Positions 45,755 to 56,092 of a stretch of DNA of 64,000 nucleotides are shown in pieces. A program made the position numbers and the translations under genes. The notes under the pieces were generated by a model, which saw nothing but the letters and a program-made list of their open reading frames with translations, searched no databases and had not been told where the DNA came from. Position 1 is the stretch's first letter; each line of letters starts with the position of its first letter. The stretch is from contig CAWDCV010000005.1 in the NCBI GenBank assembly GCA_963801015.1, positions 121,580-185,579 on the forward strand, given 5' to 3'. This stretch comes from an uncultured Actinomycetota bacterium (GTDB taxonomy: Bacteria; Actinomycetota; Actinomycetes; CAWDCV01).

Positions 45755-46414
45755 ATGTCTACCCCGGAACGACCCGGTGCCCAGAAGTGGGTTCCCGACG
45801 GCGTCGGCATCGACGGTCTGGCAGCAGCCGCGCGGGACTGCCAGGGCTGCGAATTGTTCGAGAACGCGACGCAGACCGTCTTCGGCGCCGGCTCGCCAGC
45901 AGCCCGCGTCGTGCTGGTCGGTGAACAACCGGGAGACCAGGAAGACCGGCAGGGAGCTCCTTTCGTCGGCCCGGCTGGCAAGATCCTTGATCGCGCCCTC
46001 GAAGAGGCCGGCATCGACCGATCGCAGGCATACGTCACCAACGCCGTCAAGCACTTCCGGTTTACCCAGTCCGGGCCTGGCAAGCGGCGGATCCACCAGA
46101 CACCGGATCTCGCTCATCTGGTCGCGTGCAAGCCGTGGCTCGAGGCCGAACTCAGCGTCCTCGATCCGGAGATGCTGATTGCACTGGGCGCCACTGCGGG
46201 CAAGGCGCTGCTCGGTCCGGGTTTCCGAGTGACGAAGCAGCGTGGCGTGCTGATGCCGCGTCAGGGCGTACTCGGTGAGGACGCAGCCACGCAGAACGGT
46301 TGGATCGTCGCGACTATCCATCCGTCGGCGGTGCTGCGCGCTGACGACCGCGAAGGCGCCTATGCCGGACTCGTCTCCGACCTGGCGGTGGCCGCGGACG
46401 CGCTCCGTCCGTGA
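45755..46414 (+). CDS. Uracil-DNA glycosylase superfamily protein (family-4-like GE.PG..ED..G.PFVGPAG motif)
   Basis: ..VVLVGEQPGDQEDRQGAPFVGPAGKILD.. Confidence 0.78.
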   Translation: MSTPERPGAQKWVPDGVGIDGLAAAARDCQGCELFENATQTVFGAGSPAARVVLVGEQPGDQEDRQGAPFVGPAGKILDRALEEAGIDRSQAYVTNAVKHFRFTQSGPGKRRIHQTPDLAHLVACKPWLEAELSVLDPEMLIALGATAGKALLGPGFRVTKQRGVLMPRQGVLGEDAATQNGWIVATIHPSAVLRADDREGAYAGLVSDLAVAADALRP

Positions 46415-47151
46415 CGTCGACACTCTCGATCGCCGCCCGGTTCAACGGACCGCCGGGTTCGGGCAATGGCGGGTACGTCTGCGGACTGCTTGCGCACCAT
46501 GCTGCAACACCGGTATCGCGCGTGATGACGGTGACGCTGCGCCGTCCGCCTCCATTAGAGCAATCCCTTACCGTGGAGCGAACCAGCGACGGGCTCACCG
46601 AGCTCAGGAACGGCGAGGATCTCATCGCCGACGCGACTGCCGCCGTCGAGAACCCGCCAGTCGTTGCGACCGCCGCGCCGTCCGACGTGAGCGTTGCCGA
46701 GCAGGCGTACCGGGGAGCGACCGGTCATCCGTTCCCGACGTGCTTCGTCTGCGGCACGGAACGTGCACCAGGTGACGGGTTGTGCCTGCGCCCGGGTCCG
46801 GTTGCCGGACTGACCGAAACGACGGCGTGCTCATGGATCCCTGACGAGTCACTGGTCGATCCGGCGTCCGGCCGCGTCGGTTCCGAGTTCGTCTGGGCAG
46901 CGCTCGATTGTCCGGGCGCGTGGACGTTGGACCTTGTCGGCCGGCCCATGGTGGTCGGGCGCATGACCGCGCGCGTCGACGGCGTCCCTCGACCGGGAGA
47001 TCGATGCGTCGTGATGGGCCACCTGCTGGGCAGGGAGGGTCGTAAGGCGTTCACCGCCACGACGGTCTACGGCCGCGACGGTGTGGTGCTCGGGGCGGCT
47101 CGGTCGACCTGGTTCACCGTCGACCCGCGAGCCTTTGCCGTCCTCCAATAG
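46411..47151 (+). CDS. Hotdog-fold thioesterase-like protein (tentative)
   Basis: 246 aa; ..FNGPPGSGNGGYVCGLLA.. Functional call is weak. Confidence 0.45.
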   Translation: MTSTLSIAARFNGPPGSGNGGYVCGLLAHHAATPVSRVMTVTLRRPPPLEQSLTVERTSDGLTELRNGEDLIADATAAVENPPVVATAAPSDVSVAEQAYRGATGHPFPTCFVCGTERAPGDGLCLRPGPVAGLTETTACSWIPDESLVDPASGRVGSEFVWAALDCPGAWTLDLVGRPMVVGRMTARVDGVPRPGDRCVVMGHLLGREGRKAFTATTVYGRDGVVLGAARSTWFTVDPRAFAVLQ

Positions 47152-47341
47152 GGGTGGCCTCGGTTGCGTCGATGACATAAATTGCGGCGTACACGGGAAG
47201 GGAGGTGGTCCAGCGTTGAGTATTTCCTGGACGCGTGAGGTGGCTGTCAGTTAGCCGCCGTCCTTCGGACCGGTGGACTTCCTGATAGCTAGTTCCACCG
47301 CGACCGCCTGATGGCGGCCGGCGAATACCAGGCAGTCACCA

Positions 47342-47410
47342 CGACCCGCGGGTGCTGGGCCTCGTCCTCCCGGCCCTCCTCATGGAGGTAACCCCGCGGG
47401 TCGTTTGCTG
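47342..47410 (+). terminator. Composite hairpin structure ending in a T-tract: 11-bp outer stem CGACCCGCGGG/CCCGCGGGTCG enclosing two small hairpins, then TTTGCTG. Candidate bidirectional terminator between the convergent thioesterase-like and pdxH genes.
   Basis: Outer arms at 47342-47352 and 47393-47403; inner GGGCC-N10-GGCCC and CCTCC-tcat-GGAGG; TTT at 47404-47406; pdxH stop at 47412-47414. Confidence 0.4.
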
Positions 47411-47411
47411 T

Positions 47412-48065
47412 CTACGGCGCGAGTCGCCGCACGATCCACGGCCCGTCCGGAAGGTCGCGGACGTAGCGCAGCCGGTCGTGCAGCCGGTTCGGCCGTCCCT
47501 GCCAGAATTCCACCGCGTCGGGGACGATCAACACGCCTCCCCAATCGTCGGGCAGCGGTACGTCAGTGCCCTCGGGATACCGCTGCTCCAGCGCCGCGTA
47601 CCGCTCCTCGAGCTCCGTCCGTGACCCGATCACCGACGACTGTGGGCTGGCGAGCGCTCCGATCCGGGAGCCGTACGGACGCGACGCGAAGTACGCCGCG
47701 CTCTCCGAGCGCGAGACCCGCTCCGCCCGACCGGTGACGATGACCTGTCGCTCGACCGCATGCCAGGGGAACAGCATGCTGACCCAGGGGTTGGCCGCGA
47801 TGTCGTGGCCCTTGCGCGATGAGTAGTTGGTGTAGACGGTGAAGCCGCGCTCGTCCACGTCCTTGAGCAGTACGGTCCTGGCGGTCGGCCGTGCGTCGCG
47901 GCCCGCCGTGCCGAGGACGAGCGCGTTGGGCTCGACGATGCCCGCGTCGCGTACTTCGGCGAACCAGACGACGAACTGCGCCACCGGGTCAGGCGCCAGA
48001 TCAGCCTCGGACAGCGTCGACTGCAGGTAGCTGCGACGCAGGTTCGCCAGGTCGGTTGGTTGCAT
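47412..48065 (-). CDS. pdxH: Pyridoxamine 5'-phosphate oxidase
   Basis: 217 aa; ..PNALVLGTAGRDARPTARTVLLKDVDERGFTVYTNYSSRKG.. and C-terminal ..EFWQGRPNRLHDRLRY.. PdxH motifs. Confidence 0.9.
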   Translation of the reverse strand: MQPTDLANLRRSYLQSTLSEADLAPDPVAQFVVWFAEVRDAGIVEPNALVLGTAGRDARPTARTVLLKDVDERGFTVYTNYSSRKGHDIAANPWVSMLFPWHAVERQVIVTGRAERVSRSESAAYFASRPYGSRIGALASPQSSVIGSRTELEERYAALEQRYPEGTDVPLPDDWGGVLIVPDAVEFWQGRPNRLHDRLRYVRDLPDGPWIVRRLAP

Positions 48066-48151
48066 GTCCGGGTTCTAACACGAGTCGCGACAACCTCAGG
48101 CGGCGTGGTTAACAATGAGGCCGCCGTGAGCCGACAGCGGCGACGACGGGA

Positions 48152-49267
48152 GTGGGCAGCGTGTCCGACTTCAAGCCGGGTCTCGAGGGCGTCATCGCGT
48201 TCGAGACAGAGATCGCCGAGCCGGACCGCGACGGGGGCGCGCTGCGCTACCGCGGCGTCGACATCGAGGATCTCATCGGCGAGGTGTCGTTCGGCAACGT
48301 GTGGGGTTTGCTCGTCGACGGCGAGTTCGCGCCGGGACTGCCACCCGCGGAGCCATTCCCCATCCCGGTCCACTCCGGCGACATCCGTGTCGACGTGCAG
48401 AGCGCGACCGCGATGCTCGCGCCATCCTGGGGGTTCCGCCAGCTGCTCGACATCGACGAGCAGCAAGCCCGCGAGGACCTGGCACGGGCGTCGGTGATGT
48501 CGCTGTCCTTCGTCGCCCAGTCGGCCCGAGGCCTCGGCCTGCCGATGGTGCCGCAGAACCAAATCGATAAGGCCTCGACCATTGTCGAGCGCTTCATGAT
48601 CCGGTGGCGCGGCGAGCCCGACCCCGCACACGTCAAGGCCGTGGACGCGTACTTCACCTCGGCTGCGGAGCACGGCCTGAACGCGTCGACCTTCACCGCG
48701 CGCATCGTCGCATCGACCGGCGCGGATGTAGCGGCGTGCCTGTCGTCCGCGATCGGGGCGCTGTCGGGTCCCCTGCACGGGGGCGCTCCCGCCCGTGTCC
48801 TGTCCATGCTGGACGACGTCGAGCGCGAAGGGAACGCCTCCGCCTGGGTGAAGCGCGCCCTCGACCGCGGCGATCGCCTCATGGGCTTCGGTCACCGCAT
48901 CTACCGCGCCGAGGACCCGCGCGCTCGAGTGCTCCGACGTACGGCACGTGAGCTGGGCTCGGCGCGGTACGAAGTTGCAGAACAGCTGGAGAAGGCGGCC
49001 ATCGAGGAGCTGCGCGCGCGTAAGCCGGACCGGGTGTTATCGACGAACGTGGAGTTCTGGTCGGCGGTCGTACTCGACTTCGCCGACGTCCCGGCACACA
49101 TGTTCACGTCGATGTTCACCTGCGCGCGCACCGCCGGGTGGAGCGCGCACATCCTCGAGCAGAAGCGCACCGGCCGCCTCATCCGGCCGTCAGCGCGCTA
49201 CGTCGGCCCAGGGCCACGCAAGCCGAACGACGTCCCCGGCTGGGACCGGGTCCACCCTGTCGAATAG
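48152..49267 (+). CDS. citA: Citrate synthase (short, about 370-aa CitA-like type)
   Basis: ..GALRYRGVDIEDL..; ..HGGAPARVL..; ..GFGHRIYRAEDPRA.. catalytic His/Asp motifs. Confidence 0.88.
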   Translation: MGSVSDFKPGLEGVIAFETEIAEPDRDGGALRYRGVDIEDLIGEVSFGNVWGLLVDGEFAPGLPPAEPFPIPVHSGDIRVDVQSATAMLAPSWGFRQLLDIDEQQAREDLARASVMSLSFVAQSARGLGLPMVPQNQIDKASTIVERFMIRWRGEPDPAHVKAVDAYFTSAAEHGLNASTFTARIVASTGADVAACLSSAIGALSGPLHGGAPARVLSMLDDVEREGNASAWVKRALDRGDRLMGFGHRIYRAEDPRARVLRRTARELGSARYEVAEQLEKAAIEELRARKPDRVLSTNVEFWSAVVLDFADVPAHMFTSMFTCARTAGWSAHILEQKRTGRLIRPSARYVGPGPRKPNDVPGWDRVHPVE

Positions 49268-50431
<1,164 letters not shown>

Positions 50432-50481
50432 TCGGCACGTCTCCCGACGCTGCACCGGCCCGCCGCATCGTCCTGGACCGG

Positions 50482-51630
50482 GTGACGCTGCTCGCCTACT
50501 GCCAGTTGGCCAGCTACGGCTATTTCGTCTACGGCTTCGGCCCGTCGATCGGGCTGCTCCGGGACGACCAGGGCGTGAGCCGCGCGTTATCGGGGCTGCA
50601 CGGAACGGTATTCGCGCTCGGGGCAATTCTCGTCGGGCTGTTCGGCGCGACCGTCGTCCGGCTGCTCGGCCGCGGCGTTGTCATGTGGGTCGGGCTCGGC
50701 CTCCTCTGCGCAGGTCTCATCGTTTACACCGGGACGCCGCTCCTCGCCCTCACGTTGACCGGTGCGTTGATACTCGGCATCGGTGGCTCCTTCATCGTGA
50801 ATGGGTCCTCGACGATCCTGGCCGATCACCAGGGCGCGGCCGGCCCAGCGGCGATCAGTCAGGCCAACGCGCTCTCCGCGGGGCTCGGATTGACAGCGCC
50901 GCTGGTCATCGGTGCCTCGGTCGCCGCTGGATTCGGCTGGCGCCCCGGGCTGCTCGTGACCGTGGTTCTGTGCGCGGCGGTCGCGGTGGTGTTCGGTCGG
51001 GTACGAACTCCAGCCCCTCGTGCTCGCGAGGAGGATGCATCGAATCGGCGACTCCCGGGTCGCTACTGGTGGGCGTGGGGAGTCCTCGCTGTCTGCATCG
51101 CCGTCGAATTCTGCTGCACGTTCTGGGCGTCCGACCTGCTGCGTTCCCGCGTCGGCCTCGGCCCCGGAGCGGCGGCAGCGGGGGTGACCTTGATCGTCGC
51201 CGGCATGCTCGTCGGACGCCTTGCCGGTGGTCAGCTCGCGCTGCGGATTCGCATCGACCGGCTCCTGCTGGGTTCCATCGCGGTTGCGGTCGCCGGGTTC
51301 GCGGTCTTCTGGATGAGTACCGAGGCAGTACCAGCGCTGGCCGGATTGTTCATCGCAGGCTTGGGCATCTCGCTGCAGTTTCCCCTCGGTGTCGCGCTGG
51401 CGATTGCCGCGTCCGAGGGACTTCCCGATCGAGCCACGGCCCGGAGCGGCATCGCCGCCGGCATCGCGATCGGCGTCGGGCCCTTCGTGCTCGGCGCGCT
51501 GGCCGATCTCGTGGGAGTGCACCGCGCCTTCTTGCTGGTGCCGGTCCTCCTCGCGCTGGCAGCTTTGTTCGTCCGGCTTGCACGTACAGTGCCGCCCATA
51601 CGATCGGCATCGACGGAGGGGGCACGATGA
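50482..51630 (+). CDS. MFS transporter
   Basis: 382 aa, about 12 TM helices; GTG start; no in-frame start further upstream. Confidence 0.78.
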   Translation: MTLLAYCQLASYGYFVYGFGPSIGLLRDDQGVSRALSGLHGTVFALGAILVGLFGATVVRLLGRGVVMWVGLGLLCAGLIVYTGTPLLALTLTGALILGIGGSFIVNGSSTILADHQGAAGPAAISQANALSAGLGLTAPLVIGASVAAGFGWRPGLLVTVVLCAAVAVVFGRVRTPAPRAREEDASNRRLPGRYWWAWGVLAVCIAVEFCCTFWASDLLRSRVGLGPGAAAAGVTLIVAGMLVGRLAGGQLALRIRIDRLLLGSIAVAVAGFAVFWMSTEAVPALAGLFIAGLGISLQFPLGVALAIAASEGLPDRATARSGIAAGIAIGVGPFVLGALADLVGVHRAFLLVPVLLALAALFVRLARTVPPIRSASTEGAR

Positions 51631-52052
51631 CGAGTCTGCGGCCGCGCTGGGATACCGATCGCAGGTACAACGGCATTGCAGATGCGTCAGCCATGGTTGC
51701 CGATGTGGAGCGACTCCTCGAGGCGATGCGACGTCCGGGATGGGTGACCGAGGATCCCGACGCGCACCTGCTTCCTCACCTCGAGCGCGCCAGCGCGCAG
51801 GATGGCTCACCGTGGACGTTGCTCGACGAGCGGTTGCAGGCCGACGGCGTGTACGTCGTCGAGCTTGGCCATGCTCACCCGGACAGCAGTGACGTCGGAC
51901 GTGACGCCGTTCGGCTGCTGTCGATCATCGCCGAGGATGCATTCCACGTACGAACGGTGGATTCCAGGACATACGACTGCGTAACCGGCATGCTGGACGA
52001 CGACGGCGAATTCTCCAGCCACGGCCATCTCATTCGCCTGGTCGTCCGGTAG
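51627..52052 (+). CDS. Hypothetical protein (141 aa)
   Basis: ATG overlaps the MFS stop (ATGA); MTSLRPRWDTDRRYNGIADASAMVADVERLLEAM.. Protein-like; no family recognised. Confidence 0.5.
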   Translation: MTSLRPRWDTDRRYNGIADASAMVADVERLLEAMRRPGWVTEDPDAHLLPHLERASAQDGSPWTLLDERLQADGVYVVELGHAHPDSSDVGRDAVRLLSIIAEDAFHVRTVDSRTYDCVTGMLDDDGEFSSHGHLIRLVVR

Positions 52053-52087
52053 TTACTCACCGTCGGTTTGAGCGCGGGCGTGGGGGG

Positions 52088-53269
52088 GTGGCGGCGGTAC
52101 TGCAGCGCAGCGTCTGCATCATCGGGGCGGGTCCCTCGGGACTTCTGCTGTCCCACCTGCTTCACCTGCACGGAATTTCCTCGATTGTCCTTGAACGACA
52201 GACCAGGGAATACGTCGAGAGTCGGGTCCGCGCCGGCCTGCTCGAAGAAGGCAGCGTTGCCATCCTGAGGAATGCCGGCGTTGCCGGCCGGCTCGACCGG
52301 CAGGCACTTGTGCACACTGGCTTCCGGCTGCGCGTGGACGACGACGAATTCCGGTTCCCCTTTACCGAATTGTCCGGTCGACGCGCTTACATGTACGGGC
52401 AGCAGGCGGTCGTCCAGGATCTGCTTGCGGTGCATGACGCCGAAGCGCCGGAGGGCATCGCCTTCGACGTTCCTCAGATCGATATCTCGGTCGACAAGGA
52501 AACGGCTCGAGTCCGCGCCTGCATGAACGCTTCCGACGTCGAGATTTGCTGCGATTTCGTGGTCGGCTGCGATGGGTTTCACGGGAACTCCCGACGCAGC
52601 ATTCCGGCGGGAATCGCGACACACTACGACTACGCCTATCCGATTGCGTGGTTCGGCATTCTGGCTGAGTCTCCGCCGTCCGCCGACGAGCTCATCTACT
52701 CCGTGCAGTCCTCGGGCTTCGCTTTACACAGCATGCGATCTCCCGCAATCAGCCGGCTCTATCTCCAAGTCCGCCCCGGCACGACTCGGGACAGCCTCAC
52801 CGAGGACCAGATCTGGGCCGAGCTGGATGCGCGGCTGCTCGATCCCGGCGATCGGCTCGTCCGCGGACCCATCATCGAATCCACCGTGGTCACGATGCGC
52901 TCCTTCATGTGCGAGCCGATGTCCTACCGGCGGCTGTTCCTGGTCGGCGACGCGGCACACATCGTGCCGCCAAGCGCCGCGAAGGGGCTCAATCTCGCTG
53001 TCGCCGACGCCGCGTTGCTCGCCGACGCGATGGCTTGCTGGTACGACGCAGGCAGTCGCGCCCTGCTGGATTCGTATGCGGAGGTTGCTGGTCGTCGGGC
53101 GTGGCTTGGCCAGGAGTTCTCCGCGGTGATGACGGATCTCCTCCACGAGCTCGACAGCGACACGGCGTACGAGCGGCGCTTGCGCCGGGCACGGCTGCAT
53201 CGATTGGCACGGATGGACAGTGCCGCGAAGAGCTTCGCCGACAGTTATGTCGGCGCGAACCGGGATTAA
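52088..53269 (+). CDS. pobA: 4-hydroxybenzoate 3-monooxygenase (FAD-dependent)
   Basis: ..VCIIGAGPSGLLLSHLLHLHGI..ERQT..YV..RVRAGLLE..; ..CDGFHGNSRRSIPAG..; ..RLFLVGDAAHIVPPSAAKGLNLA... A 393-aa protein matching PobA along its whole length. Confidence 0.85.
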   Translation: MAAVLQRSVCIIGAGPSGLLLSHLLHLHGISSIVLERQTREYVESRVRAGLLEEGSVAILRNAGVAGRLDRQALVHTGFRLRVDDDEFRFPFTELSGRRAYMYGQQAVVQDLLAVHDAEAPEGIAFDVPQIDISVDKETARVRACMNASDVEICCDFVVGCDGFHGNSRRSIPAGIATHYDYAYPIAWFGILAESPPSADELIYSVQSSGFALHSMRSPAISRLYLQVRPGTTRDSLTEDQIWAELDARLLDPGDRLVRGPIIESTVVTMRSFMCEPMSYRRLFLVGDAAHIVPPSAAKGLNLAVADAALLADAMACWYDAGSRALLDSYAEVAGRRAWLGQEFSAVMTDLLHELDSDTAYERRLRRARLHRLARMDSAAKSFADSYVGANRD

Positions 53270-53271
53270 CT

Positions 53272-54351
53272 CTAGGTCTTGCGCCCGCGGCGCCGACCGA
53301 TGAGGAACGCGATAAGCATCGCCGCGCCGATAGCGAGAAGGGTCGGGCTCGCTCCACCGTCGTCGTCCGCGTCCGGGTCGTTCGTGTCGGTGATGATCCC
53401 GCCCTGGTCGCCTGCCGCAGCGGTATCCGGATCGGTGTCGGTGTCGCCTGATGTATCGCCTGATGTGCCGACCGCTCCCGTAGCGCCCGATCCGCCTCCG
53501 CCGTCAGCTCCCGTCGGAGGGCCGGCGCCGGCGAGCGGGATCTCCCAGATGGTGCTGTTGGCCTGCTCCGTGCCGGAGAGCAGCACCACCCCGCTGGGGC
53601 CGAACGTGACCGACTCGCCCTGGTTCTGCCCCTGGTCCTGGCCCGGGAGTTCCACGGCTCCGAGCGCGTTACCGGCTGGGTCATAGATCCAGGCGCGGCC
53701 ATAATCGCGCAGCACGAACAGCTGACCGTCGGCGGACCAGGTGCCGTCGGTGACGACGGCGGGGACGTCCCGAATGCGGACCAGCTCGTTGACTCCCTCG
53801 GTAGACAGCTGCTCCGGAGCCTCGTACAGCCCGCCGCCGAAGATCTCCTTCGTGGCGATCCACAGTCGACCCGTCACCGGGTTGACGAGCAGCGCCTCGG
53901 CGTCGTGGGGCAGGCCGTCGGGATAGCGCAACACGTATCTGGTGGTGGCGACTCTCGTCTCCCCAAGGTCGGGCTCATCGATGCGGTAGACCGCGATCTC
54001 CTCGCGGAGAACGTCGTTGTCGCCGATGTCGCCGACCCACAGTGTGCTGTTCGGGCCGCGGGCCACCGCCTCCCAGTCGACGTTCTCGGCGTCCTCGAGC
54101 GTGGCGACGGCGACCACACCGCCGTCGAACCCAACGCCGAACAGCTGGGGCGCTCCGCTGTCGTTGTTCATCCAGAGGACGCCCTGATGCCGGCCGCTCA
54201 ACGCGAGGCCGCTGGCCTCGGTGATCCGTGGATCGGAAATGACGAACAGCTCCCCCGAGCCGCCAGGCGGCGACGCGACAGCGGCCGGCGCCCAGCCAGC
54301 AGCGCCCAGGGCGATGCCGCCGATCAGTGCCGCTGCGGCCCAGCGCCTCAC
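53272..54351 (-). CDS. Secreted beta-propeller-like protein with Gly/Asp-rich linker and C-terminal membrane anchor
   Basis: Signal peptide MRRWAAAALIGGIALGAAGWAPAAVAS; repeated blade-like segments; GADGGGGSGATGAVGTSGDTSGDTDTDPD.. linker; C-terminal LLAIGAAMLIAFLIGRRRGRKT. Confidence 0.62.
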   Translation of the reverse strand: MRRWAAAALIGGIALGAAGWAPAAVASPPGGSGELFVISDPRITEASGLALSGRHQGVLWMNNDSGAPQLFGVGFDGGVVAVATLEDAENVDWEAVARGPNSTLWVGDIGDNDVLREEIAVYRIDEPDLGETRVATTRYVLRYPDGLPHDAEALLVNPVTGRLWIATKEIFGGGLYEAPEQLSTEGVNELVRIRDVPAVVTDGTWSADGQLFVLRDYGRAWIYDPAGNALGAVELPGQDQGQNQGESVTFGPSGVVLLSGTEQANSTIWEIPLAGAGPPTGADGGGGSGATGAVGTSGDTSGDTDTDPDTAAAGDQGGIITDTNDPDADDDGGASPTLLAIGAAMLIAFLIGRRRGRKT

Positions 54352-54498
54352 ACGTCCAACCGTACGTGATCTTTGTGTTCGCGCTCGGAGAGCGACCCTG
54401 CCGATTCTGGACGAAACGGTGCGAGAGTGACGTCGTGGTCTACACCCATCTCGGACGTACGGGACTGCAGGTCAGTCGGCTCTGCCTGGTAGCAGCTC

Positions 54499-54593
54499 CG
54501 AAATGATCACGTATACGTGATCATTTCGGGTCATACGCCTGTTGTAGGAGGCGTATCGCCCTCACTCGAGGCGTATCGCACGCCGTGATCACG
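54499..54593. repeat. Composite palindromic intergenic element, copy 2 (GAAATGATCACGTATACGTGATCATTTC palindrome, hairpin GGGTCATACGCC-N10-GGCGTATCGCCC, third copy GGCGTATCGCAC, GTGATCAC)
   Basis: See copy 1 at 27651..27745; same architecture and orientation. Confidence 0.7.
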
Positions 54594-54610
54594 GTCGTCG
54601 CGCCGCGGAG

Positions 54611-54700
54611 TCAGTCGCTCAAGGCTCCGAGCACGACGACGAGAGCGACGAGCGCGAGCAGGATGAGCGGGACCAGCCACCGACGAGTCCGGGGGTTCAC
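54611..54700 (-). CDS. Possible 29-aa single-TM micro-protein
   Basis: GTG 11 nt after the ThpR stop; VNPRTRRWLVPLILLALVALVVVLGALSD. Weak. Confidence 0.2.
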   Translation of the reverse strand: MNPRTRRWLVPLILLALVALVVVLGALSD

Positions 54701-54710
54701 GGCGTCGACC

Positions 54711-55265
54711 CTAGGGCGCGTCTGACAGCGTCCAGCGACGCACCACCTCGTACCGCGTCGTCCTGCCGAGATGGGACTGCATGAGGAAGATCTCGGCAAC
54801 GGTCCAGGGCGGGCCCACGTAGGAGTCGAGCGCCTCGACCGCCGTGGTGACGTCGGTCGGCGTACGTGCCCGGGCGAGGGTGAGGTGCGGACGGTACGCG
54901 CGCTCCTCGATGGCGATGCCCGTGCGCCGCACCGCGGCGCCCACCGACCCGGCCAGGCGACGCAGCGGCTCGCGGTCCCCGGTCACTCCGGTCCAGAGCA
55001 CGCGGGCGCGCCGGCGACTGCCGAACGTGCTTGCGCCCTCGAACGCAAGGTGGAGGACTGGATGTCGGCGAGCGGCGCGCCCCAACCGTTCAGTCAGTTC
55101 GGGAAGCAGACTCTCGTCGACGGACCCGAGAAAGCCGAGCGTCAGGTGCCAGGAGTCCGGCTCGGTCCAGCGCAGCGCGTCGTCCTGCGATCGCAGCGAT
55201 CGGGTGGCGTCGGCCAGGTGGCGGCGTGCTTCCGGCGACGGCGAAAGCGCCACGAACAGCCTCAC
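54711..55265 (-). CDS. thpR: RNA 2',3'-cyclic phosphodiesterase (2H phosphoesterase, LigT/ThpR)
   Basis: Two H.T. motifs: ..WHLTLGFLG.. and ..PHLTLARAR..; 184 aa. Confidence 0.85.
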   Translation of the reverse strand: MRLFVALSPSPEARRHLADATRSLRSQDDALRWTEPDSWHLTLGFLGSVDESLLPELTERLGRAARRHPVLHLAFEGASTFGSRRRARVLWTGVTGDREPLRRLAGSVGAAVRRTGIAIEERAYRPHLTLARARTPTDVTTAVEALDSYVGPPWTVAEIFLMQSHLGRTTRYEVVRRWTLSDAP

Positions 55266-55999
55266 TGGGTGGCGAGCGACAGCCGTTCTCTGAGCTCGGC
55301 GATCACGGCGGCGTCACCCTCGACGGTGACCGCGGACAGCGGGCGGCGGCCCCACAACCACAGCAGCAGTTCCGACGGTTCGCCACTCACGGTCGCGTGG
55401 CTCGGACCCGGTCCCTCAGTGAGCGTGACTTCCTCCTGATCGAGCGTCGCTCGCCACAGATTTTCACCGGTACGGATCGCGACGGTGCTGCCGCTGGCGT
55501 CATCCACGGGTTCCTCGGACCAGTCGCCCGCGAGAAACAGCGTGAGAACCTCGTCCACGCCGTCGAGAGCCAGATCGTCGTCAATGTGGGTGACATCGCC
55601 AGTGACGGACTGCACGTCGACCCGGTGCACCGCGGTCTCCTGTGCCATCCGGCGATACCAGAATCCCACCGTCTGGTCGTCGGGCCACCAGGTGTACGAC
55701 GGCGCCGATGGTCCGCGGCGGACGAGTTCCTCGAGCAGGGCGGCCAGCGCCTCGCGGAAGAACTCGACCGAGCCCTGGTCAGGCGCGGGAGCGGTGGCGT
55801 ACTCGTCATCCTCCGGGCGCCGGCCGAGCTGCATACAGGCGATCTTGTGGTGATAGACCCTCCCCGTGTGCTCCAGGGCGTCGCGCGCCGACCAGCCCGG
55901 ACAGGTCGGGACCGGCGCATCCAGGTCGATGGCGGCCGCCGTATCGACGAGCAACATCGCTTCGGACGCAAGCAGATCGAGGTAGCGCTCTGGTGTCAC
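55262..55999 (-). CDS. Maleylpyruvate isomerase N-terminal domain family (mycothiol-dependent, DinB_2/TIGR03083-like) protein
   Basis: ..PVPTCPGWSARDALEHTG.. signature near the N-terminus. Confidence 0.72.
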   Translation of the reverse strand: MTPERYLDLLASEAMLLVDTAAAIDLDAPVPTCPGWSARDALEHTGRVYHHKIACMQLGRRPEDDEYATAPAPDQGSVEFFREALAALLEELVRRGPSAPSYTWWPDDQTVGFWYRRMAQETAVHRVDVQSVTGDVTHIDDDLALDGVDEVLTLFLAGDWSEEPVDDASGSTVAIRTGENLWRATLDQEEVTLTEGPGPSHATVSGEPSELLLWLWGRRPLSAVTVEGDAAVIAELRERLSLATQ

Positions 56000-56092
56000 G
56001 AGCCGGCCTCCGGCGCGAGCACACAGCTGGAGCGCAGTCGACGGGGGCCGGCGGGATAAGAGCTCATGGCGGACCAGCCTGACACGTCGCCG

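Noticed and set aside
45599-46423. 274-aa minus-strand ORF
   Set aside because: Antisense of the UDG gene, whose GE.PG..ED motif is clear on the plus strand.
47152-47411. SRP/4.5S or tmRNA in the 260-bp convergent spacer
   Set aside because: No match by eye to the conserved SRP domain IV (GGUGCUGUUU... AGGUCCGGAAGGAAGCAGC) or tmRNA tag region. Kept only as a weak 6C-like or terminator candidate.
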